Assembly: GCA_046152935.1 (NCBI GenBank)
Contig: JBJXGB010000208.1
Coordinates: 1 to 47,343 of the forward strand
Length of the DNA stretch: 47,343 bases
Source: Cytophagales bacterium
GTDB lineage: Bacteria; Bacteroidota; Bacteroidia; Cytophagales; UBA9547
Direction of reading: 5' to 3'
Shown here: in pieces, positions 1 through 9,279 of the stretch
Numbering within the stretch: position 1 is the first letter of the stretch
Layout of the letters: the number at the start of each line of letters is the position of its first letter
The notes under the pieces: model-generated
The model's database searches: none
What the model was told of the DNA's origin: nothing
The model's input: the letters and a program-made list of their open reading frames with translations, nothing else
Made by a program: the position numbers and the translations under genes

Positions 1-2424
1 TTTGTCAATACAAAATTCTGCCCTGTGCGTATTGCCTGTGAGGTCGACCAAAAGATTGCGTAAAAGCCTATCGGTAAGCCAGTAAGGCACATTTTCTTTG
101 TCATGGTCTGGTATTTGACTTAGGGCAATTTCCATTTCGTAAAGACGATCGTCTCGGCCTTCGTCAAATCTTGGCGCTTGGCTAGTAGGGCCGATAAATG
201 CCCCTGAAAACATATAAGACAGACCTGGATGGTGTTGCCAATACGTAATCAGACTTTTTAGTAAATCTGGTCTACGCAATAGTGGGCTATCAATAGCATT
301 GGCTGCACCAATGGTTACATGGTTTCCGCCACCAGTACCAGTATGTCGGCCATCGGTCATGAATTTTTCTGTTCCTAATCTCGATAAACGTGCTTGCTCG
401 AAAAGTTTTTCATAATTGGTGGTCAATGCCGACCAGTTCAAAGCTGGGTGAATATTGACTTCTATCACACCAGGATCAGGTGTAACTACCAGACATTCAA
501 CTCTTTGGTCTCTTGGAGGCTCGTATCCTTCGAGCACGATTGGATATCCTAAAGTATCCGCGATGGTCTCGATAGCTGAATATAATTCTAAGAAGTTTTC
601 AAATAAAGGTATTGGAGGAAAGAATATGTGTAGTCTTCCATCTCGTGGCTCAATGCACAATGCAGTTCGCACAATGTAATTTGACTTGTCTTTTGTTGGT
701 ATTTTTTCTTTTTTACTGGCTTTTTGATGGTACAAATCTAAAGAAGGCAAAATCTCCATCGGATCATGCTCAAATGGTTTTTCTCTTTCCGACTCGTCTT
801 CCATCTTTTCAATCGAATCTAAAGGTAATCTTAGACCCATTGGAGAATTGCCTGGCACCAGAAACAGGTTATTTTTCCTAAATTTCCAAATACTGCTCAG
901 CCATTGGTTTTCAGTATGGCTCCATTCCAATGGAATAACATATCCCGTGACTTCACCCAATCCTTTGGTTAATAAATCGGCCAAAAACTGCCTCTCAAGC
1001 GATTCTTTTATGTCTTTTTTAGTTGGATCAATATTTACGGGCACTTTACCTTCGCTCCAAAAGTAATAAAGTACGTCTTCGTAAGCAGGCTGGATGTATT
1101 TTGAATCTAGATCAAGGGTATTAATCAGACTTTCGGAGAATTTCAATGCCTCCTTTGTTCCAAAGCCATAATTTATGTTAATATCGGCAATGGTATTGGG
1201 CTTGTGGCAAATAGGCAAACCATCTTTACGCCAATAAATGCTGTTTTTCCATCGCGGCAGCGGCTCTCCAGGATACCATTTTCCCAAGCCATAATGAAGT
1301 AGTCCGCCTTTTGTAAATACTTCTTTGAGCTTAATTGTCAGCTCGTTGGCCAATTTTCGTTTCTGTTCTCCATCTGCACCCGTATTCCACTCTTCGGCTT
1401 CCATATCATCAATAGAAACAAAAGTTGGCTCGCCACCCATTGTCATGCGAACATCATTTTTTTCAAGATCATGGTCTACTTTATAGCCTAAAGCTAGAAT
1501 TGCAGCCCATTGTTCTTCAGTGTAAGGCTTAGTTACGCGGGGGTCTTCAAAAATACGCTCAACAGAATTGGCATAGTCCATTACTGTTTCGCAAAAATCA
1601 AGCACGCCAGAAACTGGAGCCGCACTTTCGTAATGCGGAGTGCAACAAAGCGGAATATGACCTTCGCCAGCAAATAAACCAGAGGTAGGGTCGAGACCAA
1701 TCCAGCCGGCACCTGGCACATATACTTCGCACCAAGCGTGCAAATCTGTAAAATCTGCGTCAGGGCCAGAGGCACCATCCAAAGCTTTAATATCAGCTGT
1801 TAATTGCACCAAATATCCAGAAACAAAGCGAGCGGCCAGCCCTAAGTGCCGTAATATTTGTACCAAAAGCCAGCCTGTATCTCTGCAAGAACCTAGTGCA
1901 TTGCCCAAAGTTGTTTCGCAATTTTGAACTCCATGTTCAAGCCTTACGGTATAATTTATGTCTTTCCAAAGTTTTTGGTTGATATAAACCAAAAAATCAA
2001 CAATTTTTTTGGGCGATCTGTCTACCGTTTCCAGCCATTTAGTCAATAATGTACCATTTTCTGCTGGCTTCAAATATGCAACCAATTCTTCTGCCAATTT
2101 TGGTTCGTAAGTGAATGGGAATTTCTCAGCATACTCTTCTACAAAGAATTCAAAGGGATTAAAAACCTCTAAATCGGCAATAATGTCTACTTCGACCAGA
2201 AGTTCAGTCGTTTTTTCTTTAAAAACGAGCCTTGCTTGGTAATTGCCAAAAGGATCTTGTTGCCAATTGATGAAATGCGAATCGGGAGAAACTTTGAAAG
2301 AATATGATTCTATTTTGGTTCTGCTATGAGCTGCTGGTCGCAAACGAAAAACATGAGGCCCTAGATTAACTAGTCTATCATATTTATAATGTGTTTTGTG
2401 GTTTATCGCAACTTTTATTCCCAT
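1..2424 (-). CDS. Transglutaminase-like domain fused to DUF2126 putative amidoligase (3' end runs off the window)
   Basis: Absent from the ORF track; translated by hand from ATG at 2424 and spot-checked in the same frame at 1440 and 1-3. Reads MGIKVAINHKTHYKYDR...GSCRD (catalytic Cys)...RFVSGY...DLHAWCEVYVPGAGWIGLDPT, then DUF2126 motifs MGGEPTFVS, KWYPGEPLPRW, DPGVIEVNIHP, TGTGGGNH, GNTHRAEFCIDK. Confidence 0.9.
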   Translation of the reverse strand, partial: MGIKVAINHKTHYKYDRLVNLGPHVFRLRPAAHSRTKIESYSFKVSPDSHFINWQQDPFGNYQARLVFKEKTTELLVEVDIIADLEVFNPFEFFVEEYAEKFPFTYEPKLAEELVAYLKPAENGTLLTKWLETVDRSPKKIVDFLVYINQKLWKDINYTVRLEHGVQNCETTLGNALGSCRDTGWLLVQILRHLGLAARFVSGYLVQLTADIKALDGASGPDADFTDLHAWCEVYVPGAGWIGLDPTSGLFAGEGHIPLCCTPHYESAAPVSGVLDFCETVMDYANSVERIFEDPRVTKPYTEEQWAAILALGYKVDHDLEKNDVRMTMGGEPTFVSIDDMEAEEWNTGADGEQKRKLANELTIKLKEVFTKGGLLHYGLGKWYPGEPLPRWKNSIYWRKDGLPICHKPNTIADININYGFGTKEALKFSESLINTLDLDSKYIQPAYEDVLYYFWSEGKVPVNIDPTKKDIKESLERQFLADLLTKGLGEVTGYVIPLEWSHTENQWLSSIWKFRKNNLFLVPGNSPMGLRLPLDSIEKMEDESEREKPFEHDPMEILPSLDLYHQKASKKEKIPTKDKSNYIVRTALCIEPRDGRLHIFFPPIPLFENFLELYSAIETIADTLGYPIVLEGYEPPRDQRVECLVVTPDPGVIEVNIHPALNWSALTTNYEKLFEQARLSRLGTEKFMTDGRHTGTGGGNHVTIGAANAIDSPLLRRPDLLKSLITYWQHHPGLSYMFSGAFIGPTSQAPRFDEGRDDRLYEMEIALSQIPDHDKENVPYWLTDRLLRNLLVDLTGNTHRAEFCIDK

Positions 2425-2732
2425 AATGCTAAAATTTCAAGGCTAAGTGAATGAATTATATACTTTTTTGATCTCAATGCCATAGAATCAAAACTATGGT
2501 TTTAAATTCTATTAATCAAATACAATAAAAACTAAGTAGCTATTCACCTTACAAAAACTTCTTCCATGTTCGTGCCATAATATTCAAAGGAGATCAAAAA
2601 TAATGTGTTTCATAATTTTATGCTTTGATTTTTTATCAATGTGTTAGTTTTTTAGTTCATTTATGATTTTATTCGTTATTTTTCGACCGTAATTTCAGAA
2701 AATACCAGCTTATCTAAACTTCATCATTTTAA

Positions 2733-5504
2733 ATGGATGCCACACTATCACTCTTACAAGAGAAACTTCCCAAAACATACAAAGACTTACAGTTTCTGCT
2801 CGAATGCCTTCGTGATGTGCTCTTAGAAAACGAAGAAATCGAATTGGCTTCGCAGATTCCGTGGATAAATGAGCTCAAGGGCATTGAACCAACACTTTTT
2901 ACTGAAAAGCATATTCAGCTGTACAGCATTGCTTTTCAAATATTAAATATGTGTGAAGAGAATGGAGCTGTGCAAGCTAGACGAAAAATTGAAGAACAAA
3001 AAGGGATGTCGAGTGTGAGTGGGCTTTGGGCTGCCAATTTGCAAATGTTGAAAGAAAACGGTGTCTCACAAGTAGATATCGCCAGGAATCTAGCTGAAAT
3101 ACGCATTGAGCCTGTTCTTACTGCACATCCAACAGAGGCAAAAAGAGCTACTGTTTTGGAGCATCACAGGGCATTGTACATTCTACTCGTAAAGAGAGAA
3201 AATAGCATGTGGACAGAAATGGAGCAAACAGATATTACCAGAGAAATAAAATTGGAGATATACAGATTGTGGAAGACTGGCGAAATATTTCTCGAGAAAC
3301 CCGATGTACAAACCGAGCTGAAAAACATTCTTCATTATTTGGTAAATGTGTTTCCCGAAGTGCTCGATTTGCACGATCGTAGGTTGGTACAAGCCTGGGA
3401 ATCAGTTGGTTTTGATAGTGGTTTGATAAAAGATGCGGACGCTTTACCCCAAATTCGTTTTGGTGATTGGATAGGTGGCGATCGAGACGGCCATCCATTC
3501 GTCACCAGCGATGTTACCAAAACTACGCTGCAAACTTTGCGAATCAATGCTTTTATTATCATAAGAAGAGAGTTGATAAAGCTGATTAAGAACCTGAGTT
3601 TTAGTCTCCCAATGGAAAATGCAGACGAGCCTTTGCGATCCAGAATTGAGCAGATAAAGTTACAATTTAGTGAAAAAGGAGAAGCGACAGTTAACCGCAA
3701 TAAGGGCGAAGCTTTCCGTCAATTTTTAAATCTTATTCTTCTCAAGCTTCCTGTCGATATCGAGCGTGAGCACATAATAAACATAGCTGAACAGGAAAAC
3801 GATTATGTTTTTGCTGCAGAGTTGGAAAGCGATTTGAAATTATTGCAAAATTCGCTTCTAAAATATGGTGCCAAAGCGGTGGCATACGCAGATGTGCACC
3901 AGGCTATTCGTTTGGTACAAACCTTTGGATTTCATGTTGCAGTACTAGATATCCGCCAAAATAGTGCTTTTCACGACAAAGCCATTGCCCAATTGATGAG
4001 TGCCGCAGGCTTAGATGGCAGCAAGTTTGCCACTTGGAGCGAAGAAGAAAGGGTGTCGTTCTTGAATAAAGAATTGATCTCAAACCGGCCTTTTACACAC
4101 CCAAATATGAAGCTAGAGCCTGAAGCTGAGGCAGTTACCAAATGCTTGCAAGTTGTTGCCGAGTATGTGGCTAAATATGGTGTTTTTGGTATTGGGTCGT
4201 TGATCGTAAGCATGACACGCAGTTTGTCAGATTTATTGTCGGTGTATGTTTTGGCAAGAGAAGTAGGGCTAACCACGCTCACCGAAAATGGAATTGTGTG
4301 CAAATTGCCCGTAGTTCCTTTGTTTGAAACGATTGAAGATTTGCAGGAAAGTCCTAAAATATTAACAGCTTTTTTGGCACATTCTTTCACCACCAGAAGT
4401 TTAGATTATCACTGCAAATTTAAATCTGAAAAGGAGCCAGTACAGCAAGTAATGATTGGCTACAGCGATAGCAACAAAGATGGTGGGATATTGGCTAGTG
4501 TGTGGAATTTATTTGAGGCGCAGCAAAATCTTTCTCAAATAGGCAGGGAATTTGGCGTAAAAGTGCGTTTTTTCCATGGAAAAGGTGGCTCGATAAGCAG
4601 GGGAGCCGGTCCTACTCATTGGTTTATCCGCACTTTGCCGCACTCTTCCATCAATGGCGACTTGCGGCTTACCGAACAAGGCGAAACCATTGCCCAAAAA
4701 TATTCAAATCCAATGAATGCTACCCTTAATATTGAGCAGCTTTCATCTGGCACGGCTGGCTATTCTATTTTGCACAAATTTACAAACAAAGTGCCTTATT
4801 CTTTCTCTAAAGAATTTAATTGGATGGCCAATGAAAGTAAAAAAATATACAACGAACTCATTCAGAACGAGCACTTTATCACTTTTTTTGGTGAGGCCAC
4901 ACCGATCGATGCTATCGAATCGAGTAGAATCGGCTCAAGGCCAAGCCGCAGAACTGGCACACGCACGTTGAAAGATTTACGGGCCATTCCATGGGTATTT
5001 AGCTGGAGCCAATCTCGCTATAATATTACGAGTTGGTATGGTGTTGGCAGTACTCTTGAACGATTTCAAGCTCAATTTCCCGAAAGATTTGAGGAATTGT
5101 GCAGTCTCATTGCCACCGATACCTTGCTAAAATATGTTTTTACCAATGTTGATACCAGTTTGGCAGCCACCGATGAGGAAATAATGAAAGATTATGCATC
5201 GTTGTGCGAAGATTTGGACGCAAAAGAGGTGATCTTGAATATGTTGCTGAGCGAATTGAGCAAAACAAGAAAAATGTTGCTCCTTTTCTTCAAAACACCT
5301 ATTGAAGAACGGAGAAATGCCCATTATTTGTCAAATATGTTGCGTTCAAAAGCGATGGATCAGTTGCATAAAAACCAAATTTTTAGGTTAAAAAAATGGC
5401 GTAAGTTGAAAACCCAAGATAAAAAAGAGGAAACTGAAAAGGAATTATTGTCTTTGTTGATGACCATCAACGCCATTGCGAGTGCAATGCGTAATACCGG
5501 TTGA
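2733..5504 (+). CDS. ppc: Phosphoenolpyruvate carboxylase
   Basis: Motifs VLTAHPTE, WIGGDRDG, QQVMIGYSDSNKDGG, LRAIPWVFSWSQ and C-terminal MRNTG; 923 aa. Confidence 0.97.
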   Translation: MDATLSLLQEKLPKTYKDLQFLLECLRDVLLENEEIELASQIPWINELKGIEPTLFTEKHIQLYSIAFQILNMCEENGAVQARRKIEEQKGMSSVSGLWAANLQMLKENGVSQVDIARNLAEIRIEPVLTAHPTEAKRATVLEHHRALYILLVKRENSMWTEMEQTDITREIKLEIYRLWKTGEIFLEKPDVQTELKNILHYLVNVFPEVLDLHDRRLVQAWESVGFDSGLIKDADALPQIRFGDWIGGDRDGHPFVTSDVTKTTLQTLRINAFIIIRRELIKLIKNLSFSLPMENADEPLRSRIEQIKLQFSEKGEATVNRNKGEAFRQFLNLILLKLPVDIEREHIINIAEQENDYVFAAELESDLKLLQNSLLKYGAKAVAYADVHQAIRLVQTFGFHVAVLDIRQNSAFHDKAIAQLMSAAGLDGSKFATWSEEERVSFLNKELISNRPFTHPNMKLEPEAEAVTKCLQVVAEYVAKYGVFGIGSLIVSMTRSLSDLLSVYVLAREVGLTTLTENGIVCKLPVVPLFETIEDLQESPKILTAFLAHSFTTRSLDYHCKFKSEKEPVQQVMIGYSDSNKDGGILASVWNLFEAQQNLSQIGREFGVKVRFFHGKGGSISRGAGPTHWFIRTLPHSSINGDLRLTEQGETIAQKYSNPMNATLNIEQLSSGTAGYSILHKFTNKVPYSFSKEFNWMANESKKIYNELIQNEHFITFFGEATPIDAIESSRIGSRPSRRTGTRTLKDLRAIPWVFSWSQSRYNITSWYGVGSTLERFQAQFPERFEELCSLIATDTLLKYVFTNVDTSLAATDEEIMKDYASLCEDLDAKEVILNMLLSELSKTRKMLLLFFKTPIEERRNAHYLSNMLRSKAMDQLHKNQIFRLKKWRKLKTQDKKEETEKELLSLLMTINAIASAMRNTG

Positions 5505-5589
5505 TTTGCGTACTATTAGATTTTGAAGTGAGCCTCGGCTAATTTGATTATTAGTCGAAATGCTTGTTAAGAATTGAATCTTTTCAAAA

Positions 5590-6615
5590 CTAGAGCATTG
5601 CTTTGATTATGAAAAAGGCATTTATAAGCACATAAGTAGAAGCTATTATTTTAAATGCTTTCATGTCGGCTGCTACCAGTTCTTTGATTCCAGACTTGTA
5701 TGCGGCTGGCTTTACTACATATATGTTGATAGCAGAGTACAAAATAATCAAAAATATAAAGATAAATGTAACCGCATGAAGAATGTCGGCAAGGGTGAGC
5801 GAATTTACATTTGGCAACAATGCATCTACAAAATATTTATTTCCCACAGCGGCAAATAAGCTACCTACAGGCAGCGAAAACCGCGTGCTCAGATCACGTG
5901 GATGCACAAACAGAGAAATAATCGCGATAAAAAAGCTCACATAAAGGCCCGTAAAGAGTTTTAAAAATAAGAAACCCACTTCACGCTGCACGTCTACCGT
6001 GGCCACGACTCTGTCAAAGGCTTCTTTGTTTTTGAGAGCTTTGGGGTTGCCAAAATTATTGTTGTATTTGTGTTGCTCGTGGGCAATATGAAAGTTTGAT
6101 TTTATCTTTATTCCGTTGATATGCAGGTTGTTATCAATGCCAGATTTTGAAAATGGCGTTTCAGAAAGTATGAATTTTAGCCTGCGTTTTTCATTTTCAG
6201 CATCTTCAAATTTGAGGTGCAATACCTGGTTATCGAAAGGAAAATCACGTACATCAAAATCATTTCTGATTTTGGCCGACACCTTTTTGAGTACGTAGAA
6301 ATCGTTTTTGAGCGAACTGTCAATTTTCACGTACGATTCGGCAACTTCACCATTGTATATGTTGAGGAGATTTACTGTTTTCAATGGATTTAGCCCAAAT
6401 TGTTTAGCATATTCTTTCCGATAAACATACCAAACCCAAAAATCGACACCGAAATAATTTTCCTGCAACTTAATATCGTGAATCGAAGTGATATAAATTC
6501 CCATTGTTACCGTTTTTGCCAACTCTTTAGGCTTTTGTGTTTTTGAAAATCCGCAGAAATAGTTGAAGAAACAAAAGCAAAAAAGAAAGATTAAGATAAA
6601 ATGTTTTTGCTGCAT
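5590..6615 (-). CDS. Prokaryotic pentameric ligand-gated ion channel (GLIC/ELIC-like Pro-loop receptor)
   Basis: Signal peptide; beta-rich extracellular domain (VTMGIYITSIHDI...FGVDFWVWY); Pro-loop DVRDFPFDNQ; four C-terminal hydrophobic helices with an LP in the M2-M3 loop. Confidence 0.85.
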   Translation of the reverse strand: MQQKHFILIFLFCFCFFNYFCGFSKTQKPKELAKTVTMGIYITSIHDIKLQENYFGVDFWVWYVYRKEYAKQFGLNPLKTVNLLNIYNGEVAESYVKIDSSLKNDFYVLKKVSAKIRNDFDVRDFPFDNQVLHLKFEDAENEKRRLKFILSETPFSKSGIDNNLHINGIKIKSNFHIAHEQHKYNNNFGNPKALKNKEAFDRVVATVDVQREVGFLFLKLFTGLYVSFFIAIISLFVHPRDLSTRFSLPVGSLFAAVGNKYFVDALLPNVNSLTLADILHAVTFIFIFLIILYSAINIYVVKPAAYKSGIKELVAADMKAFKIIASTYVLINAFFIIKAML

Positions 6616-6760
6616 TGGAATTTACTAGTCAGAGTTCAAGTCTTTAAAATTACTAATCGAGATCGATTCGATGACTGCAAGTTGTTAAATAATAATTAAT
6701 TAGAGCTTTTTTGTTTCGAGTTGAAAAAACAAATATTTTATTTTGATCTTGCAATATCAT

Positions 6761-6768
6761 TATATTTG
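6761..6768 (+). promoter_or_regulatory. Bacteroidota -7 promoter element TATATTTG for the leader/mbnPH operon
   Basis: Exact match to TAnnTTTG followed by CA. It lies inside the track ORF, so the real start is probably downstream (TTG at 6787). Confidence 0.6.
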
Positions 6769-6786
6769 CAGCGAATTTATAAGTTT

Positions 6787-7176
6787 TTGAAAAGCACGCG
6801 CACAAACTTTCGATTTTTTTTGGCAAGTACTTTGCTATCGGTCTATTTGATGTGTTCGTTTAAGATGTACACTCCGTATATCAATTATAAAATCAACTAT
6901 AAATATATAGCAGGCGTGCTTTGCGAAAACAAAGCAAAACCCAAAATGCAATGCAACGGCAAATGCCACTTAAAAAAGGAACTGAAAAAAGCAGCAACTG
7001 AAGAATCCAAAAGCAAAGCTGAGCTAAAAAATATTGAGCAAGAAGAATTTTTAGAGATAAATGTGTTTTTGTTGCATAATTTTCAATTTATCGCTGAAAA
7101 CCAATTGTATTTTTTCCATTCAAATAGATATGCTTCATTTTCTTTAGAGCATATTTCCCCACCGCCACAGGCTTAG
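6787..7176 (+). CDS. Small membrane-targeted Cys-motif protein ending in PPPQA; putative metal-responsive leader (CruR/CutF/DUF2946-like architecture)
   Basis: N-terminal hydrophobic segment, CENKAKPKMQCNGKCHL, a charged linker and C-terminal HISPPPQA. First gene of the metal operon. The start codon is uncertain (track gives 6721). Confidence 0.7.
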   Translation: MKSTRTNFRFFLASTLLSVYLMCSFKMYTPYINYKINYKYIAGVLCENKAKPKMQCNGKCHLKKELKKAATEESKSKAELKNIEQEEFLEINVFLLHNFQFIAENQLYFFHSNRYASFSLEHISPPPQA

Positions 7177-7293
7177 TTTCATTTTGTAAATTTTAGTATT
7201 TTTTGGTGATTCGGTTACTAACCGTCATTAAAGTTTTTGTGCTATTATTTATTTGTCAAAAGAAATATTTATTCATTTTTAATTCTCGAGAAT

Positions 7294-8388
7294 ATGAACA
7301 GCAACCTGCAAAGGCTATGGCTTCTGTTTACCATATTTGGCGTTTTCTTATTAGTAAGAGTTGAGCCTTTATTGGGACAGAACGCTGAATCTGCAAACGA
7401 TAAACATGGCTCGTGCCATTCGCACGATCAAAGTCCAGTTGGAGTAATGTTTAGCCACATTCATCCTTCAAAAAGTTTTATGTTTTCTTATCGATTTATG
7501 TCGATGGCTATGAATGATAAGTTGAGTGGAACCAGAAATGTAGCTGATAATGAGGTGTTTACCAATTATTTGATGTTACCAAAACAAATGCGAATGGATA
7601 TGCACATGCTAATGGCAATGTATGGCTTATCAAACAAAATCACATTGATGGCAATGGTCAATTACAATGTGTTTTCGATGGAAATGAGCATGCTTCCGAG
7701 CAATGCAAATGCCAGCAGTTCGCATTCTCAGCACAACCATTCCGACCACGACCACATGGCGATGAAAACCTCTGGCATTGGCGACACAAAACTGTATGTT
7801 TTGTATGATTTAATTCAGAAAAACGAGTACCAGTTTTTATTGAATTTTGGTGTTAGTATTCCTACTGGCGATATAAATATTGCTGGAAATGAGGCAAATA
7901 TGTACCCTTCATCTCGTTTGCCATACTCGATGCAATTAGGCTCTGGCAGTTATGAATTATTGCCAGGAATCACTTACAGTACCAAATTTCGATCTATTTC
8001 CGCTAGTTTACAGGCATTGTATATTCATCGAATACATGCCAATTCTGTTGGTTACAGGCTTGGAAATGAATGTGTTGCAAATGCTTGGGCTGCTTATCAG
8101 TTGACTAAATGGCTAAGTTTTTCAATGCGAGCAGAAGGCATATTTTCTAGTCCAATTCGCGGTGCAGACAATTCAATTTATTACTTATCTGAGCCAGCAG
8201 CAAATACGGCTAATTATGGTGGGCAGAAAGTCAATGCTTTCGGAGGCCTGAATTATTTTCCCAAAATAGGTTTTTTGCAAACTGCAAGATTGTCGCTAGA
8301 ATATGGGCTGCCAGTATATCAAAATTTAAACGGCATTCAATCTGCTACTTCTGGTACGTTAATAGCTGGATTGCAAGTCGATTTCTAA
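7294..8388 (+). CDS. His/Met-rich outer-membrane beta-barrel protein (plug-less transporter-like)
   Basis: Signal peptide; HGSCHSHD-SPVGVMFSHIH, MRMDMHMLMAMYG and HSQHNHSDHDHMAM; GIGD motif; alternating strands; terminal Phe (GLQVDF). Confidence 0.75.
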   Translation: MNSNLQRLWLLFTIFGVFLLVRVEPLLGQNAESANDKHGSCHSHDQSPVGVMFSHIHPSKSFMFSYRFMSMAMNDKLSGTRNVADNEVFTNYLMLPKQMRMDMHMLMAMYGLSNKITLMAMVNYNVFSMEMSMLPSNANASSSHSQHNHSDHDHMAMKTSGIGDTKLYVLYDLIQKNEYQFLLNFGVSIPTGDINIAGNEANMYPSSRLPYSMQLGSGSYELLPGITYSTKFRSISASLQALYIHRIHANSVGYRLGNECVANAWAAYQLTKWLSFSMRAEGIFSSPIRGADNSIYYLSEPAANTANYGGQKVNAFGGLNYFPKIGFLQTARLSLEYGLPVYQNLNGIQSATSGTLIAGLQVDF

Positions 8389-8418
8389 TCTTTACTAATT
8401 ATTTAATCTTCTAAAAAA

Positions 8419-9189
8419 ATGAAAAAATTAAATTTATACCAACTCATGCTTGGCATTTTTGTCTTTTACACATTGAATTGCTGTAAAGATAAAGACAATA
8501 CTGCTACACCAATAGCTCCCACTGGTTCGCTGGAATTTCACATCCACACTAATGTGGGCAATAGCGAAGTAGAAGAATATGGTGTTGAATATTATGCCAA
8601 CAACAGAAAAATGATTATCGTCAAGTCTCAAATGTATATTTCTGGCATAGAGCTTGTAAAATTAGATGGCAATATTGTGAATGCACCCAACCAGTCTTTT
8701 TTGATTGAAAATGCAAACGATGAGTATAAAATTGTGAATTTGCCCGTTGGTAATTATCGCTCGATTAGATTTTATGTTGGGTTAGATGAAATTACCAATC
8801 AAAAAAAAGCGGGTATTTCAGATACACTTATTAATAGAGCTGATATGTGGTTTGGCAACAGTGCAGAACCAAATAAATATGTGTTTTTAAATTTTCAAGG
8901 CTCAATAGACACCACAGATGCGAAAAATGGTAGCACTTTGGTGAATTTTGACTTTAAAATAGGCACTATTAGCAATAGAAAGCAAGTTTTCATGCCAGAT
9001 CTCAATTTTACAATTGCTGCTAATCAGATCGCAGTTTTACACATGGCAGCCGATTACAATCGGCTCTTTGATGGCATTAATCTAACTAATAATGGGAATT
9101 TGATACTAAATACGACATCTGATAATTCAAGTGATCTTGCGGCCAAATTGGTGTCGAATATTTCGTTGGTGCTAGACTATGAAAAGTAA
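8419..9189 (+). CDS. MbnP-family lipoprotein, paralogue 1 (lacks the WxW motif)
   Basis: Lipobox Cys followed by KDKD; YISGIELVK; PVGNYRSIRFYVGLD; DMWF...YVFLNFQG. Visibly paralogous to the next gene. Confidence 0.7.
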   Translation: MKKLNLYQLMLGIFVFYTLNCCKDKDNTATPIAPTGSLEFHIHTNVGNSEVEEYGVEYYANNRKMIIVKSQMYISGIELVKLDGNIVNAPNQSFLIENANDEYKIVNLPVGNYRSIRFYVGLDEITNQKKAGISDTLINRADMWFGNSAEPNKYVFLNFQGSIDTTDAKNGSTLVNFDFKIGTISNRKQVFMPDLNFTIAANQIAVLHMAADYNRLFDGINLTNNGNLILNTTSDNSSDLAAKLVSNISLVLDYEK

Positions 9190-9279
9190 GGTTATCGGTT
9201 AAATACCTACTAATTTACTTCTGACAATTACATTTACTCAAAATCCAATCTTAATTCAAATTTTAACAAGAAAACGAAA

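Noticed and set aside
455-1778. Short track ORFs at 455-1066 (+) and 1581-1778 (-)
   Set aside because: Shadows of the long minus-strand transglutaminase-DUF2126 frame, which carries clear motifs.
6721-6786. Track start of the leader ORF at TTG 6721
   Set aside because: It would place the TATATTTG -7 element inside the CDS; TTG 6787 gives a normal basic-then-hydrophobic N-terminus.
6787-7176. Leader ORF as a methanobactin (MbnA) or other RiPP precursor
   Set aside because: Too long and membrane-targeted, and there is no MbnB/MbnC or other maturase nearby.
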